Counted from the first letter of the stretch, positions 37,348-48,567 are shown. The stretch is 64,000 bases of DNA from an uncultured candidate division Zixibacteria bacterium (GCA_963664195.1 OY760907.1:576001-640000); one strand, 5' to 3'. Numbers and translations are program-made. The notes: generated by a model from the sequence alone, not told the origin.

Positions 37348-37977
37348 TTAAGTCGAGCCGATTACCTTGTACTTCAGTATCTCCGGAGAGGCTACACCGC
37401 CGGACACAAGGAATTTAATACCGTCTTCTATACTCATGTCAAGCGTCATTACTTGATCTATCGGCACCATGATAACCATTCCCGACACCGGTGTCGGCGT
37501 AGAGGGGACAAAGCAACTGGCGAATTCTCCACCCCCTTCCGCACTCGCAATATGCACCCGTTTGGACACGAAGCAGAGAGCATAGACGTCCTTGCGCGGG
37601 TACTCGATCAGCGCAACTTCCTGGAAGGACTTCTTGTCGGCGTGGGTTACTGCCTCCAGAAGCTGTTTGCTTGCGGAGTAGATCGGGCGAATGAGGGGCA
37701 TACGTGCAAACAGTCGCTCCCCCACCCGGTATATTCTGGCCCCCAGGAGATTGCGTGTCAGAATACCAGCCAGCAGAATAATCAACACCGTTGTCAGGAC
37801 GCCGAGTCCGGTGCGATAGTATCCCAGCAGGTTGTGCAACACCGGCTCGAGAATACCGTCGACAGCCTGAAAAAGAAAGCGCAACACGATGAATGTCAGG
37901 ATGAACGGCACCACGACGAGAACTCCGCTGAGGAACTGCCGTTTGATTACGTCTGATATCGCACTGCCCATAGACAT
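37348..37977 (-). CDS. DUF502 membrane protein
   Basis: FLSGVLVVVP, PLIRPIY, VALIEYPR, FVPSTPTPVSG, GIKFLVSGG. Start moved to MSMGS. Confidence 0.85.
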   Translation of the reverse strand: MSMGSAISDVIKRQFLSGVLVVVPFILTFIVLRFLFQAVDGILEPVLHNLLGYYRTGLGVLTTVLIILLAGILTRNLLGARIYRVGERLFARMPLIRPIYSASKQLLEAVTHADKKSFQEVALIEYPRKDVYALCFVSKRVHIASAEGGGEFASCFVPSTPTPVSGMVIMVPIDQVMTLDMSIEDGIKFLVSGGVASPEILKYKVIGST

Positions 37978-38000
37978 ACATCTACCCTGAGTATTAATGT

Positions 38001-38045
38001 CAGATCGGTCGAGTCGATTATACCCGACCGATCTGTCAAAGTCAA
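38001..38045 (-). promoter_or_regulatory. sigma70 promoter with an 11-bp inverted repeat straddling the -10 box
   Basis: Minus-strand TTGACT-N17-TATAAT; plus-strand arms CAGATCGGTCG (38001-11) and CGACCGATCTG (38025-35). Confidence 0.65.
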
Positions 38046-38062
38046 TTCTTTTGCAGTAACGC

Positions 38063-39580
38063 TTATTTGAGGAGCAGGAACCCGCTGGTCGCGGGGATAT
38101 CTTTGGCGAAGTCAATGATCGGCTGCGGGTACAAACCGACCAGAAAAACACCGATAAGACCGATGACGATAACCGACAACACCGGGACATTCAACCGGAC
38201 CTTGAGCGGCGTGTCTGTTTTGGCGAAATACATCGCCTTCATCACGTTGGCATAGTAGTACAACGCAAAGACCGATGTAATCAACGCCACACCAACCAGC
38301 CAGTACATCCAGTGCATCGATCCGCCCGTACCAGCGATTTTTATCGCGGCGGCAAACACGTAGAACTTGCCGAGGAATCCGGCAAGCGGAGGAATGCCCG
38401 TCAGCGAAAGCAGGAATATCGTCATCGACAGAGCCAGGAACGGGGAGGCCTCAGAGAGACCTGCATACTCGCTGATCTCGCAGCTTCCGGTCTTGTCCTC
38501 AATTACCGTGACAATCGCAAACGCGCCCATGTTGGTGAACAGATAGGCAAACATATAGAAGCCGACCGCCGAGAGGCCGAGCTCATTCATCGACAGCATG
38601 CCAACCATAATGTACCCGGCATGAGCAATCGATGAGTACGCGAGCATGCGCTTGATGTTCGTCTGTCGGATCGCGACGGCGTTGCCGACAATCATGGCGG
38701 CGGCAGCAAGTACGCCCACGAGAATGCCCCAGTCATTGGGACTCATCATGGGCTCAAAGAACATATACAGGCCAATAACAAAGACTTTTACAAACACTAC
38801 CAGACCGGCGGCTTTGGACCCGACTGACAGGAAAGCTGTGATCGGAGTCGGCGCTCCCTGGTAAACATCCGGTGCCCACTGATGAAACGGCGGCAGCGCC
38901 AGCTTGAAACCAATGCCGGCAAGCACGGCCACAGTCGCCAGCACCAGAATGAGACCGATATCGCCACCATGGCTCAGGGCGGTGTTGGCAAGGTTGAAGC
39001 GCATTTGCAAAATGTCAGTCGTACCGGTCAGGCCATAGAGGAAAGACAGACCGTAGAGCAACAATGCCGAGGAGAATGCCCCCATAATCAGGTACTTGAT
39101 ACTCGACTCAACAGAACGCTTGTCATCCTTGAAGAACCCCGCCAAAACAAACAGTGGGATGGTCGTCAATTCAAGACCGATGTACAGCGAGAGCAGCTCC
39201 GACGACGATGCCAGGAACATCATGCCGACAGTCGATAGAAGGATCAGCCCGAGGAATTCACCCCGGTGTTTGACGATCTTCTCCTGCATGATGCCAAACG
39301 TACTGCCGATCGTCATGAAAGCGGCACCCAGAAAAACAACCTTGAAGAACATCGCCATCGGGTCATTGCGGAACATATTGCCGAATCCGGAACCGTAGTC
39401 TCCAAAGATCGCCATGAGGATTCCACTGACGACCAGACCGGCCATGGCGAGATAACCGACAGTTGTGCCGGACTCTCGTTTAGTAACAATATCGAAAGTG
39501 ATGACCAGCATTGCCCAGACAAACAGGACGATCTCCGGTAACATCAGTTGCAGATTGTAATCTGGCAGTTGGAACTCCAT
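38063..39580 (-). CDS. nuoN: Complex I subunit N
   Basis: GFKLALPPFHQWAPDVYQGAP, KRMLAYSSIAHAG, GIPPLAGF. Confidence 0.95.
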   Translation of the reverse strand: MEFQLPDYNLQLMLPEIVLFVWAMLVITFDIVTKRESGTTVGYLAMAGLVVSGILMAIFGDYGSGFGNMFRNDPMAMFFKVVFLGAAFMTIGSTFGIMQEKIVKHRGEFLGLILLSTVGMMFLASSSELLSLYIGLELTTIPLFVLAGFFKDDKRSVESSIKYLIMGAFSSALLLYGLSFLYGLTGTTDILQMRFNLANTALSHGGDIGLILVLATVAVLAGIGFKLALPPFHQWAPDVYQGAPTPITAFLSVGSKAAGLVVFVKVFVIGLYMFFEPMMSPNDWGILVGVLAAAAMIVGNAVAIRQTNIKRMLAYSSIAHAGYIMVGMLSMNELGLSAVGFYMFAYLFTNMGAFAIVTVIEDKTGSCEISEYAGLSEASPFLALSMTIFLLSLTGIPPLAGFLGKFYVFAAAIKIAGTGGSMHWMYWLVGVALITSVFALYYYANVMKAMYFAKTDTPLKVRLNVPVLSVIVIGLIGVFLVGLYPQPIIDFAKDIPATSGFLLLK

Positions 39581-39584
39581 CTTG

Positions 39585-41069
<1,485 letters not shown>

Positions 41070-41096
41070 TCTATTTCAAAGCCTCCAGAAACAGAG

Positions 41097-43178
41097 CTAT
41101 TTTTCACCTTTAGTAGCGTCGGCGGTTTCTTTTTTTGCAGATCTTCGCCCCATAAAAGCCAGTATCAGCGTTCCTCCGAGGAAGATCAGCGTGAGGATCG
41201 GCCAATTACCTTCGATTCTCTCACTCTCGAATTTTGCCACCGCTATCGCCACGATTACCAACAACACAAACAGAGCGTAGAATTGCACAGCGCCGGACTG
41301 CAAGAACCGAAGTCCCGACCCAAGCTTGCGAACCAACCAACCGGAGCCGTTCACGGCACCGTCGATGACCCACGTATCGAACAACTGCTTGAGAGCAGAC
41401 CAGACCATGACCAGTTTTGCGGCCCCGTTCACCAGACCGTCGATAATGCCGGCATCGAACGACCACATGAGTCGAGCGAAGGCCATGATCGGCTTGAGAA
41501 GGATGAAGCCGTACAGTTCGTCAAAGTACCATTTGTTCATCAAGAACGTATGCAGCGGGCGGACCTTGTCAGCAATAGCGTCGGCATTCCAGACCTTCTT
41601 GTAGAAAACAAGATAGGCCAAAACAATACCGCCAACGGCAACCGTCGAAGCAATTGCGATATTGACGAAATCCCAATGCGTGTGGTAAGGTTCACCAAAA
41701 TAAGCGAAGGAAGAGAATCCGTGCATTCCCGGGATACCGACCCAACCGGCACCAACAGCAAGACAACCGAGGAACACCAGCGGCCAGGCCATGACGCCCG
41801 GAGACTCGTGCGCGTGATCATACCGATCCTGGTTGCGCGGTTTGCCAAAGAACGTCAGGAAACAAAGTCGCCACATATAGAATGCCGTCATAAAGGCCAC
41901 CAGCAGGGTGAAGAAATAAAACACCGGGTGGTGCGCCGTGGCGGCGACAATTTCATCTTTGGACCAGAAGCCGGCCAACGGGAATATACCGGCAATCGAC
42001 GCTGAGGCTATCAGGAAGGTCCAGCCGGTCTTGGGCATCTTCTTGAGAAGTCCGCCCATCTCTTGAATATCATTCGTATGCACCGCGTGGATGACGGAAC
42101 CCGCACCAAGGAACAGAAGCCCCTTGAAGAAGGCGTGGGTCATCAGGTGGAACGTACCGGCGTAGAAACCGGGTGAATGATGCCCCATTGCCTTGTCGAC
42201 CCCGAACAGGCCGAGGGCCATGATCATATATCCGAGCTGACTGACCGTCGAGTAGGCCAGCACACGCTTAATATCGTTTTGAACCAGCGCGATTGTCGCC
42301 GCGATAAACGAAGTTGTGATACCGATGATCGCAACCACCATCGATGCGTCCTCTGAGGCGACAAACACACTCATCGACCTCGCAACGAGGTATACACCAG
42401 CGGCCACCATTGTAGCGGCGTGGATCAGCGCCGACACCGGGGTGGGGCCTTCCATCGCGTCCGGCAGCCACACGTGGAGCGGGAACTGAGCCGACTTGCC
42501 GACCGCGCCGCAGAAAAGGAAAATCGCAGCGACCGTCAATAGACCGGCAGGAATCACACCCGCCCCGATCTGTTCAAACACGCTCTGATAATTGAACGTA
42601 CCGCAGCAGGTGCCTATTATCAGCAAACCGACAATGAACCCTAGATCACCGATACGAGTCGTGATGAACGCCTTCTTGCCGGCGCTGGCGGCAACCTTCT
42701 TCTCAAACCAGAAGCCGATCAACAGGTACGAGGTCAGCCCGACCAGTTCCCAGAAGATGAAGATCATGAAGAAGTTGTTGGCCAGGACCAAACCGAACAT
42801 CGAGAACAGGAACAGCGACAGATAAGCGAAGAACCTGCTGAATCTCGGATCGCCGTGCATGTAGCCCAGCGAGTATATTTGGACACAACTACCGACCGTC
42901 GCCACCACGACCAGCATAATGGCAGTGAGTGGATCGACCAGAATACCTATCTCGAAATTGAGAGAGGCAAACGATGTCAGGTAATAGAAGACCTCATACC
43001 GTGCGCTGCCCCCGGTCGAAACGGTCTCGATCAAAACCCAGACCGACATCACCCAGACGATGAGGATCATGGTAATCGAGAAGCCGGAGGCAACCGCTTC
43101 CTTCCAGCGGAGGAAGAAAACGATCATGCAAAATGAAAACAGCGGCAGGAGAGGTATGAGCCATGCATATTCAGTCAT
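41097..43178 (-). CDS. nuoL: Complex I subunit L
   Basis: GKSAQFPLHVWLPDAMEGPTPVSALIHAATMV, HAFFKG, WSKDEI. Confidence 0.95.
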   Translation of the reverse strand: MTEYAWLIPLLPLFSFCMIVFFLRWKEAVASGFSITMILIVWVMSVWVLIETVSTGGSARYEVFYYLTSFASLNFEIGILVDPLTAIMLVVVATVGSCVQIYSLGYMHGDPRFSRFFAYLSLFLFSMFGLVLANNFFMIFIFWELVGLTSYLLIGFWFEKKVAASAGKKAFITTRIGDLGFIVGLLIIGTCCGTFNYQSVFEQIGAGVIPAGLLTVAAIFLFCGAVGKSAQFPLHVWLPDAMEGPTPVSALIHAATMVAAGVYLVARSMSVFVASEDASMVVAIIGITTSFIAATIALVQNDIKRVLAYSTVSQLGYMIMALGLFGVDKAMGHHSPGFYAGTFHLMTHAFFKGLLFLGAGSVIHAVHTNDIQEMGGLLKKMPKTGWTFLIASASIAGIFPLAGFWSKDEIVAATAHHPVFYFFTLLVAFMTAFYMWRLCFLTFFGKPRNQDRYDHAHESPGVMAWPLVFLGCLAVGAGWVGIPGMHGFSSFAYFGEPYHTHWDFVNIAIASTVAVGGIVLAYLVFYKKVWNADAIADKVRPLHTFLMNKWYFDELYGFILLKPIMAFARLMWSFDAGIIDGLVNGAAKLVMVWSALKQLFDTWVIDGAVNGSGWLVRKLGSGLRFLQSGAVQFYALFVLLVIVAIAVAKFESERIEGNWPILTLIFLGGTLILAFMGRRSAKKETADATKGEK

Positions 43179-43187
43179 TGTTCACTC

Positions 43188-43487
43188 CTACCATTTCATA
43201 ATGCTGTAGTGGTCGGTGTCAATACCGCGCCAGTTGCGGTATATCAGCAGCACAATGGCCAGACCGATTGTCGCCTCGGCGGCAGCCACAACGATGATGA
43301 ACAGGGCAAAAATCTGCCCGGCCAACACCTCGGTGACTACATACCGGTTGAAAACGACAAAGTTTATGTTGGCCGCATTGAACATCAGCTCAAGCGACAT
43401 GAGCACGCCGATTGTATTGCGCCGCGTGATGACTCCGAACAGTCCGGCAGTGAAAAGGACAGCGGCAAGGGCTAAGTAAAACCACAT
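43188..43487 (-). CDS. nuoK: Complex I subunit K
   Basis: LELMFNA, VAAAEATIGLA. Confidence 0.95.
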   Translation of the reverse strand: MWFYLALAAVLFTAGLFGVITRRNTIGVLMSLELMFNAANINFVVFNRYVVTEVLAGQIFALFIIVVAAAEATIGLAIVLLIYRNWRGIDTDHYSIMKW

Positions 43488-44005
43488 CAGGCCCTCTCCC
43501 TTCTCGCCAGCACGATCGCGCCGATCATGGCGGCCAACAACAACACCGATACTACCTCGAAGGGCAACATGTAATGGGTCATCAGCAGCTTACCAATCGT
43601 CATAATATTATCTGCGGGAAGCTCTTTGGTCGCAACGTGCCAGATATGTGCGTCTGTAGTTCCGTATAGGAGGACGATGGTCATTATCACGAAGACCGCA
43701 CAACCGATCAGCGCCACCATGGCATTTTCGTTTGTCTGCACGAGTTTTTTCGACGTCAGGTTGGTCGTCAACATGATAGCGAACACCATCAGGACGGACA
43801 CTGCGCCGACATAGATCAGTACCTGCGCCGCGGCAAGAAACTCTGCGTTGAGCAGAATGTAAATGCCTGCAACACCGGAAAGGCAGAAGATCAATGCGAT
43901 AGCACAGTGGAACACGTTTCGCAACGACACCACCATAAAAGCAGACAGCACGATCACGATCGAGAGAATCCAGAAGGGAATCCCAACCGAGAGTTGTTCA
44001 ACCAT
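43487..44005 (-). CDS. nuoJ: Complex I subunit J
   Basis: AEFLAAAQVLIYVGAV, PFEVVSVLLL. Confidence 0.95.
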   Translation of the reverse strand: MVEQLSVGIPFWILSIVIVLSAFMVVSLRNVFHCAIALIFCLSGVAGIYILLNAEFLAAAQVLIYVGAVSVLMVFAIMLTTNLTSKKLVQTNENAMVALIGCAVFVIMTIVLLYGTTDAHIWHVATKELPADNIMTIGKLLMTHYMLPFEVVSVLLLAAMIGAIVLARRERA

Positions 44006-44658
44006 TATTTCTCTTCTCCCCCGGTTTCGGATTTCTTGTCATCATCATCCTTGGCAGCCTTGTCAGGTTCCACGGTCTTATTTTCAGCGGCCGGAGCTTC
44101 GGGCGCAGGATTGGCAGAAGCTTCGGCCGGAGCCGGCTTGGCTTCGTCCTTGACCTCTGCGTCAGCTGCCGGTTTGGCGACAGGCTTCTTCTCTACCGGT
44201 TTTTTCTTCTTGCGCGTGTCCACGTAGTCAATCGGCTTGCCCATCTCCTGCAGCTTGTCCTTGTCCCAGATCAAATCAGCTTTGTCAAGGGTGGACATTT
44301 CGTAGTAGATGGAAGCCATCTTGATCGCACAGAAGTTGCAGGCCTCTTCGCACAGTCCGCAATAGCAGCAGAGAGTGTTATCCACGACGAACTTTTCGAG
44401 GTGTCGCTTTTTGTCCTCGCCGCGCGGGGCTTCGATACGAATTGCTGCCGTGGGGCAGGCCCGCATACAGAGCATACATCCGGTGCAGTTGAGTTCGCCG
44501 GTTTCCTTGTCCGAGAGCAGGACCACCACGCCTCTGGAGCGCTCCGGCATAGTCCATTTCTGCTCGGGGTACTGAATCGTAACCGCATGACGGCCCAGAT
44601 GTTTGCCGGCGATTCCCAAGCCTCGGATCAGTTCTTTTAAGTCCTTAATCACGCCCAT
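44005..44658 (-). CDS. nuoI: Complex I subunit I with K/P/A/E-rich tail
   Basis: TIQYPE; two 4Fe-4S motifs CTGCMLCMRACP and CCYCGLCEEAC. Confidence 0.93.
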   Translation of the reverse strand: MGVIKDLKELIRGLGIAGKHLGRHAVTIQYPEQKWTMPERSRGVVVLLSDKETGELNCTGCMLCMRACPTAAIRIEAPRGEDKKRHLEKFVVDNTLCCYCGLCEEACNFCAIKMASIYYEMSTLDKADLIWDKDKLQEMGKPIDYVDTRKKKKPVEKKPVAKPAADAEVKDEAKPAPAEASANPAPEAPAAENKTVEPDKAAKDDDDKKSETGGEEK

Positions 44659-44675
44659 GAGATGTCATCCAACTC

Positions 44676-45740
44676 CTACCAGTGCCACTCAGCCAGTTTA
44701 AACACAGCGCCCACAATGAGATTCGCAAAAGTCACCGGCACGAGGAACTTCCAGGCAAAACCCATGAGCTGATCGACACGTAACCGGGGGTAACTCCAGC
44801 GGAAGAGCATCATGAGCAAAACAATACCCATCGTCTTCAGCAGGAACCACATCCATGACGGCAGGATAGCTCCCTGCCAACCGCCGAAAAACAGGGTGAC
44901 CGCAATCGCCGACACGGTGAACATGTTGACGAATTCAGCCAGGAAGAACATGGCGAATTTCATTCCGGAATATTCAATGTTAAAGCCGGCTATCAGCTCC
45001 TGTTCGGCCTCGGGAAGGTCAAACGGTGTGCGGTTGGCCTCAGCCGTAGCGGCTATCATATACGTTAGGAAAGCAATCGGTCCGAACGGGAGGCGGAAGA
45101 CGTTCCAGTTCCACATCCAACCCGACTGAGCCTCGACTATATCAACCATCGACAGCGATCCGGTGAACAGCACGATCACCAGAATCGACGCGACCATCGG
45201 GATTTCATAGCTTATGACCTGCGCCGCGGAGCGCATGCCGCCGAGGAGAGCGTACTTGTTGTTTGAAGCCCATCCGGCCATCAGCAGCGATATCACGGTG
45301 AACGTGGTCACTGCCATAATGTAGAGAATACCGATATTGAGGTCGGCCACAATGAGTCCGTCGCCGAACGGCATCACCACGTAGGCAAGAAACGCTGCCA
45401 CAAAGCAGATCACTGGTGCCCAGAAAAAGACCGGTTTGTCGCGGTTGTCGATCTTGACGTCCTCTTTTTGGAGCAGTTTGACCGCGTCCATCACCGTCTG
45501 GTACCAGCCGTGCCAGCCGTTACGCATCGGGCCGAAACGCTGCTGAATGTGTCCGGCGATTTTCCGCTCCCACCAGACCAGGAACAGGGCCAGCAGAGCG
45601 AGTACACCAAAAGTGACTGCAGCAAGAACGACGTAGCTGATAATCGTGTTAAAGGGCTCGCCAAGACCTATGTCTACCAGCAGGCCGTGCAGCCAGGCGA
45701 AGAGATGAGCCAGTTCCAGTTTGTCCAGAAATTCACTCAT
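44676..45740 (-). CDS. nuoH: Complex I subunit H
   Basis: ERK..GHIQQRFGP, AQVISYE, NRTPFDLPEAE, PRLRVDQ. Confidence 0.96.
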   Translation of the reverse strand: MSEFLDKLELAHLFAWLHGLLVDIGLGEPFNTIISYVVLAAVTFGVLALLALFLVWWERKIAGHIQQRFGPMRNGWHGWYQTVMDAVKLLQKEDVKIDNRDKPVFFWAPVICFVAAFLAYVVMPFGDGLIVADLNIGILYIMAVTTFTVISLLMAGWASNNKYALLGGMRSAAQVISYEIPMVASILVIVLFTGSLSMVDIVEAQSGWMWNWNVFRLPFGPIAFLTYMIAATAEANRTPFDLPEAEQELIAGFNIEYSGMKFAMFFLAEFVNMFTVSAIAVTLFFGGWQGAILPSWMWFLLKTMGIVLLMMLFRWSYPRLRVDQLMGFAWKFLVPVTFANLIVGAVFKLAEWHW

Positions 45741-46849
45741 TAGCGATCCACCTCTGGCAGAATGATGTCAAATGTCGCGAAGATGGCCACGATATCCGCA
45801 ATCAGGTAACCCCTGCCACGAACGATTTCCGGCAAAAACTGGAGCTGATTGTAGGAGCCGCCGCGTAGTTTCACACGGAGCGGCTTGTTAGTGCCATCGG
45901 ATTGTATATAACAGCCCATTTCACCGCGCGAGTTCTCGATACGTGTGTACACTTCACCAGCCGGCGGCTTGAAATTGGGCTTCACTTTGGCTTTGATTTC
46001 CCCTTCCGGAATACCGTCAAGCGCCTGCTCGATGATGCGAATAGACTGCTTGATCTCCGCCAGACGAATCAGGTAACGATCATAGTTATCGCCATTTTCG
46101 TACGTAGGAATATCAAAATCGAATTTGTCGTAAATTGAGTACGGATCGTCCCGGCGAAGGTCATGCTTGACATTTGAAGCCCGCAACACCGGACCGGAGA
46201 CCCCCCAGGCAATACCCTGGTCACCGTCAAATGTGCCGATGTTCTTCATCCGCACTTTGAAGATCGGGTTCTCGTTGAGCAGTCCTTCGTAGTCGGAGAA
46301 CTTGCCCTTGATGACGTTGAGTACCTCACGACACTTCTGCTCAAACCCCGGCTTGATGTCCTGAGAGACGCCACCGATACGGATATAATTGTATGTGAGG
46401 CGCTGACCACAGGTCTCTTCGAAAAGGTCGATAATGTACTCGCGCTCACGCAGTCCGTACAGGAACGGGGTCAGGGCACCGAGGTCCATCGCGGTGGTGC
46501 CGTAGAAAATCAAGTGCGAGGCTATCCGGTTGAGCTCCAGCATGATGACACGAAGATAATCAGCGCGCTCAGGCACTTCAATCCCCGCAAGTTTCTCGGC
46601 GCCAAGCGCCCAGACCATGTTGGAAGACATCGCGGTCACATACTCGAACCGATCCAGAACCGGAGTACATTGCGGATATGTCCTGTTTTCGCAGATCTTT
46701 TCGAGGGCGCGATGCAGGTAGCCGATCACCGGCTTGACATCGACAACCTGTTCACCGTCCATCGTAAGCATCAGGCGACACACGCCGTGCGTCGACGGAT
46801 GGACCGGGCCCATGTTGACGACATATTCTTCTGTCTTCAAATTACCCAT
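45740..46849 (-). CDS. nuoD: Complex I subunit D
   Basis: NMGPVHPSTHGV, GYLHR, ELNRIASH, EVDR; no CxxC Ni ligands. Confidence 0.95.
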   Translation of the reverse strand: MGNLKTEEYVVNMGPVHPSTHGVCRLMLTMDGEQVVDVKPVIGYLHRALEKICENRTYPQCTPVLDRFEYVTAMSSNMVWALGAEKLAGIEVPERADYLRVIMLELNRIASHLIFYGTTAMDLGALTPFLYGLREREYIIDLFEETCGQRLTYNYIRIGGVSQDIKPGFEQKCREVLNVIKGKFSDYEGLLNENPIFKVRMKNIGTFDGDQGIAWGVSGPVLRASNVKHDLRRDDPYSIYDKFDFDIPTYENGDNYDRYLIRLAEIKQSIRIIEQALDGIPEGEIKAKVKPNFKPPAGEVYTRIENSRGEMGCYIQSDGTNKPLRVKLRGGSYNQLQFLPEIVRGRGYLIADIVAIFATFDIILPEVDR

Positions 46850-46852
46850 ATA

Positions 46853-47323
46853 CTATAGCTCTGGCATCCTGACGAAATCGGGGGCATCCCAGGACTTGAG
46901 CATCGGATTGCCCTGATCCCAATCATCCGGCAGTAAAAAGCGTTCAAGATTATCGTGGTTCTTCACGTTGACGCCGTACAGCTCCCACAACTCCCGTTCA
47001 TACCAGCCAATACCGGGCCACACTTCCTGAACGGAGTCAATCTCGGGTTTCTCATACGGAAGCGAGAATTTGAAGTCAAGCCTCAGTTTGTTTGCAACGG
47101 AGGCTATCGAATAGATTACTTCCAGATGCTCGCCGGTGTCGACTCCACCCATATTACAGAGAAAATCGAAGGCCAGTTGAGTGTCGTCACGGAGGGCTTT
47201 GGCCACTGCGACAACATCCTCTGGCTTGATCTCGAACATGGGATCGAACTTCCCCGACTCCAGAAGCGTCAGTCTTCCATCGAAATGGCCTGACACATAT
47301 GCTGATAACTCTTCTTTGGTCAT
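46853..47323 (-). CDS. nuoC: Complex I subunit C
   Basis: WYERELWELYGV, FLLPDDW...P. Start moved to MTKEELS. Confidence 0.9.
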   Translation of the reverse strand: MTKEELSAYVSGHFDGRLTLLESGKFDPMFEIKPEDVVAVAKALRDDTQLAFDFLCNMGGVDTGEHLEVIYSIASVANKLRLDFKFSLPYEKPEIDSVQEVWPGIGWYERELWELYGVNVKNHDNLERFLLPDDWDQGNPMLKSWDAPDFVRMPEL

Positions 47324-47324
47324 C

Positions 47325-47837
47325 CTATTTTTCCTGCCAGTCTGACAACTTCTGTTTTTTGATCTTCTCCTGCAGGTGAATACAGCCTTCCAGCAGCGAC
47401 TCCGGACGCGGAGGGCAACCGGGAATGTACACATCGACCGGGAGAATGTGATCAACGCCCTTTTCGACGGCGTAGCTGTCATAGTAGAACGGACCGCCGT
47501 TGATCGTGCAACCGCCCATCGCAATCACATAGCGCGGCTCGGCCATCTGGTCGTAGACGCGACGGAGCCTCGGGGCCATTTTCTTGGTGATGGTGCCGGC
47601 GGTAATGATCAGGTCAGATTGCCGCGGCGTAGCGCGGAAAATCATGCCCAGACGATCAAAGTCGTACCTGGCCGCACCCGTGCACATCAGTTCGATCGCG
47701 CAACAGGCGGTGCCGAACAACATGTACCAGACCGAACAGGCCTGACCGTAGTGCAAGAGTTTTTCAACTGAGGTGCAAACGATTCCGCCGCCGGGGACTT
47801 TCTCTGCATACACAGGCAGCTTCTTAATCAGACCCAT
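47325..47837 (-). CDS. nuoB: Complex I subunit B
   Basis: ACCAIE, TPRQSD, MGGC, PGCPPRPE. Confidence 0.96.
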   Translation of the reverse strand: MGLIKKLPVYAEKVPGGGIVCTSVEKLLHYGQACSVWYMLFGTACCAIELMCTGAARYDFDRLGMIFRATPRQSDLIITAGTITKKMAPRLRRVYDQMAEPRYVIAMGGCTINGGPFYYDSYAVEKGVDHILPVDVYIPGCPPRPESLLEGCIHLQEKIKKQKLSDWQEK

Positions 47838-48181
47838 CTGAGTACTCCCTTCCTCCAGGCATAAAACAGACCGAAAAACAGGATGAGGATGAAAATTACC
47901 ATCTCAACCAGCGCGTACAGTCCGAGCTGCCCGAATGCCACTGCCCAGGGAAACAGGAATACCGCTTCGACGTCGAATATCACGAAAATCAGCGCAAAAA
48001 TGTAGAACCGGTTGTTGAACTGAAACCAGGAACTACCGATTGTATCCTCTGCGCATTCGTAGGTATCCCCCTTGGCAGGGTAAGGATTCTTAGGTCGAAT
48101 AAGGCTCGCGAGAAAGAACGTAAACAGGACGATTACGCTCCCGGTAACGGCAAATATTAAGACCGCTAGATATTCAGACAT
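47828..48181 (-). CDS. nuoA: Complex I subunit A
   Basis: TYEC, FVIFDVE..FLFPWA, YAWRKG. Confidence 0.95.
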   Translation of the reverse strand: MSEYLAVLIFAVTGSVIVLFTFFLASLIRPKNPYPAKGDTYECAEDTIGSSWFQFNNRFYIFALIFVIFDVEAVFLFPWAVAFGQLGLYALVEMVIFILILFFGLFYAWRKGVLRWV

Positions 48182-48215
48182 GCCGTATCACCTTTAATAT
48201 CAAACCAGACACACT

Positions 48216-48273
48216 ATGTGACCGATTTCACAATTATGGCAGTGGAAGTAACCCGCTTTTGTCAAATTGTCAA
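48216..48273 (-). promoter_or_regulatory. nuo promoter with a downstream Rex/CRP-type palindrome
   Basis: Minus-strand TTGACA-N17-TACTTC (48273-48245); ATGTGACCGATTTCACAA at 48216-48233. Confidence 0.6.
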
Positions 48274-48567
48274 GCCCTTTTTGTCACTTCCACTATGACA
48301 ACTCGTTCACATGCAAGCAGAACCGCTGTCGTTGCGCTAATAGTACCAACTCAATCCCTTCACAGCAACAATTACTGTCATGTGACAGTCTACCCCAATT
48401 GCGCGGAGAAAGGACGGTCCGAACGTCTGTCGCTTGAATGGTTTGCAGCGCAGTGTCGTCGCAGGTCTGAAGACGGCCACTCGCGGCGATGATCTGCGCT
48501 ACGAAAACTGGGAGGACGGCCCCCGGAGACCTGCAGATCGCAGACACGTCGTATCCCAAACAGAAGC

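Noticed and set aside
37978..38190. N-terminal extension of DUF502 ORF
   Set aside because: It overlaps nuoN and contains the gene's own promoter.
45740..47837. Group 4 NiFe hydrogenase interpretation of nuoBCD
   Set aside because: The large subunit has no N- or C-terminal CxxC motifs.
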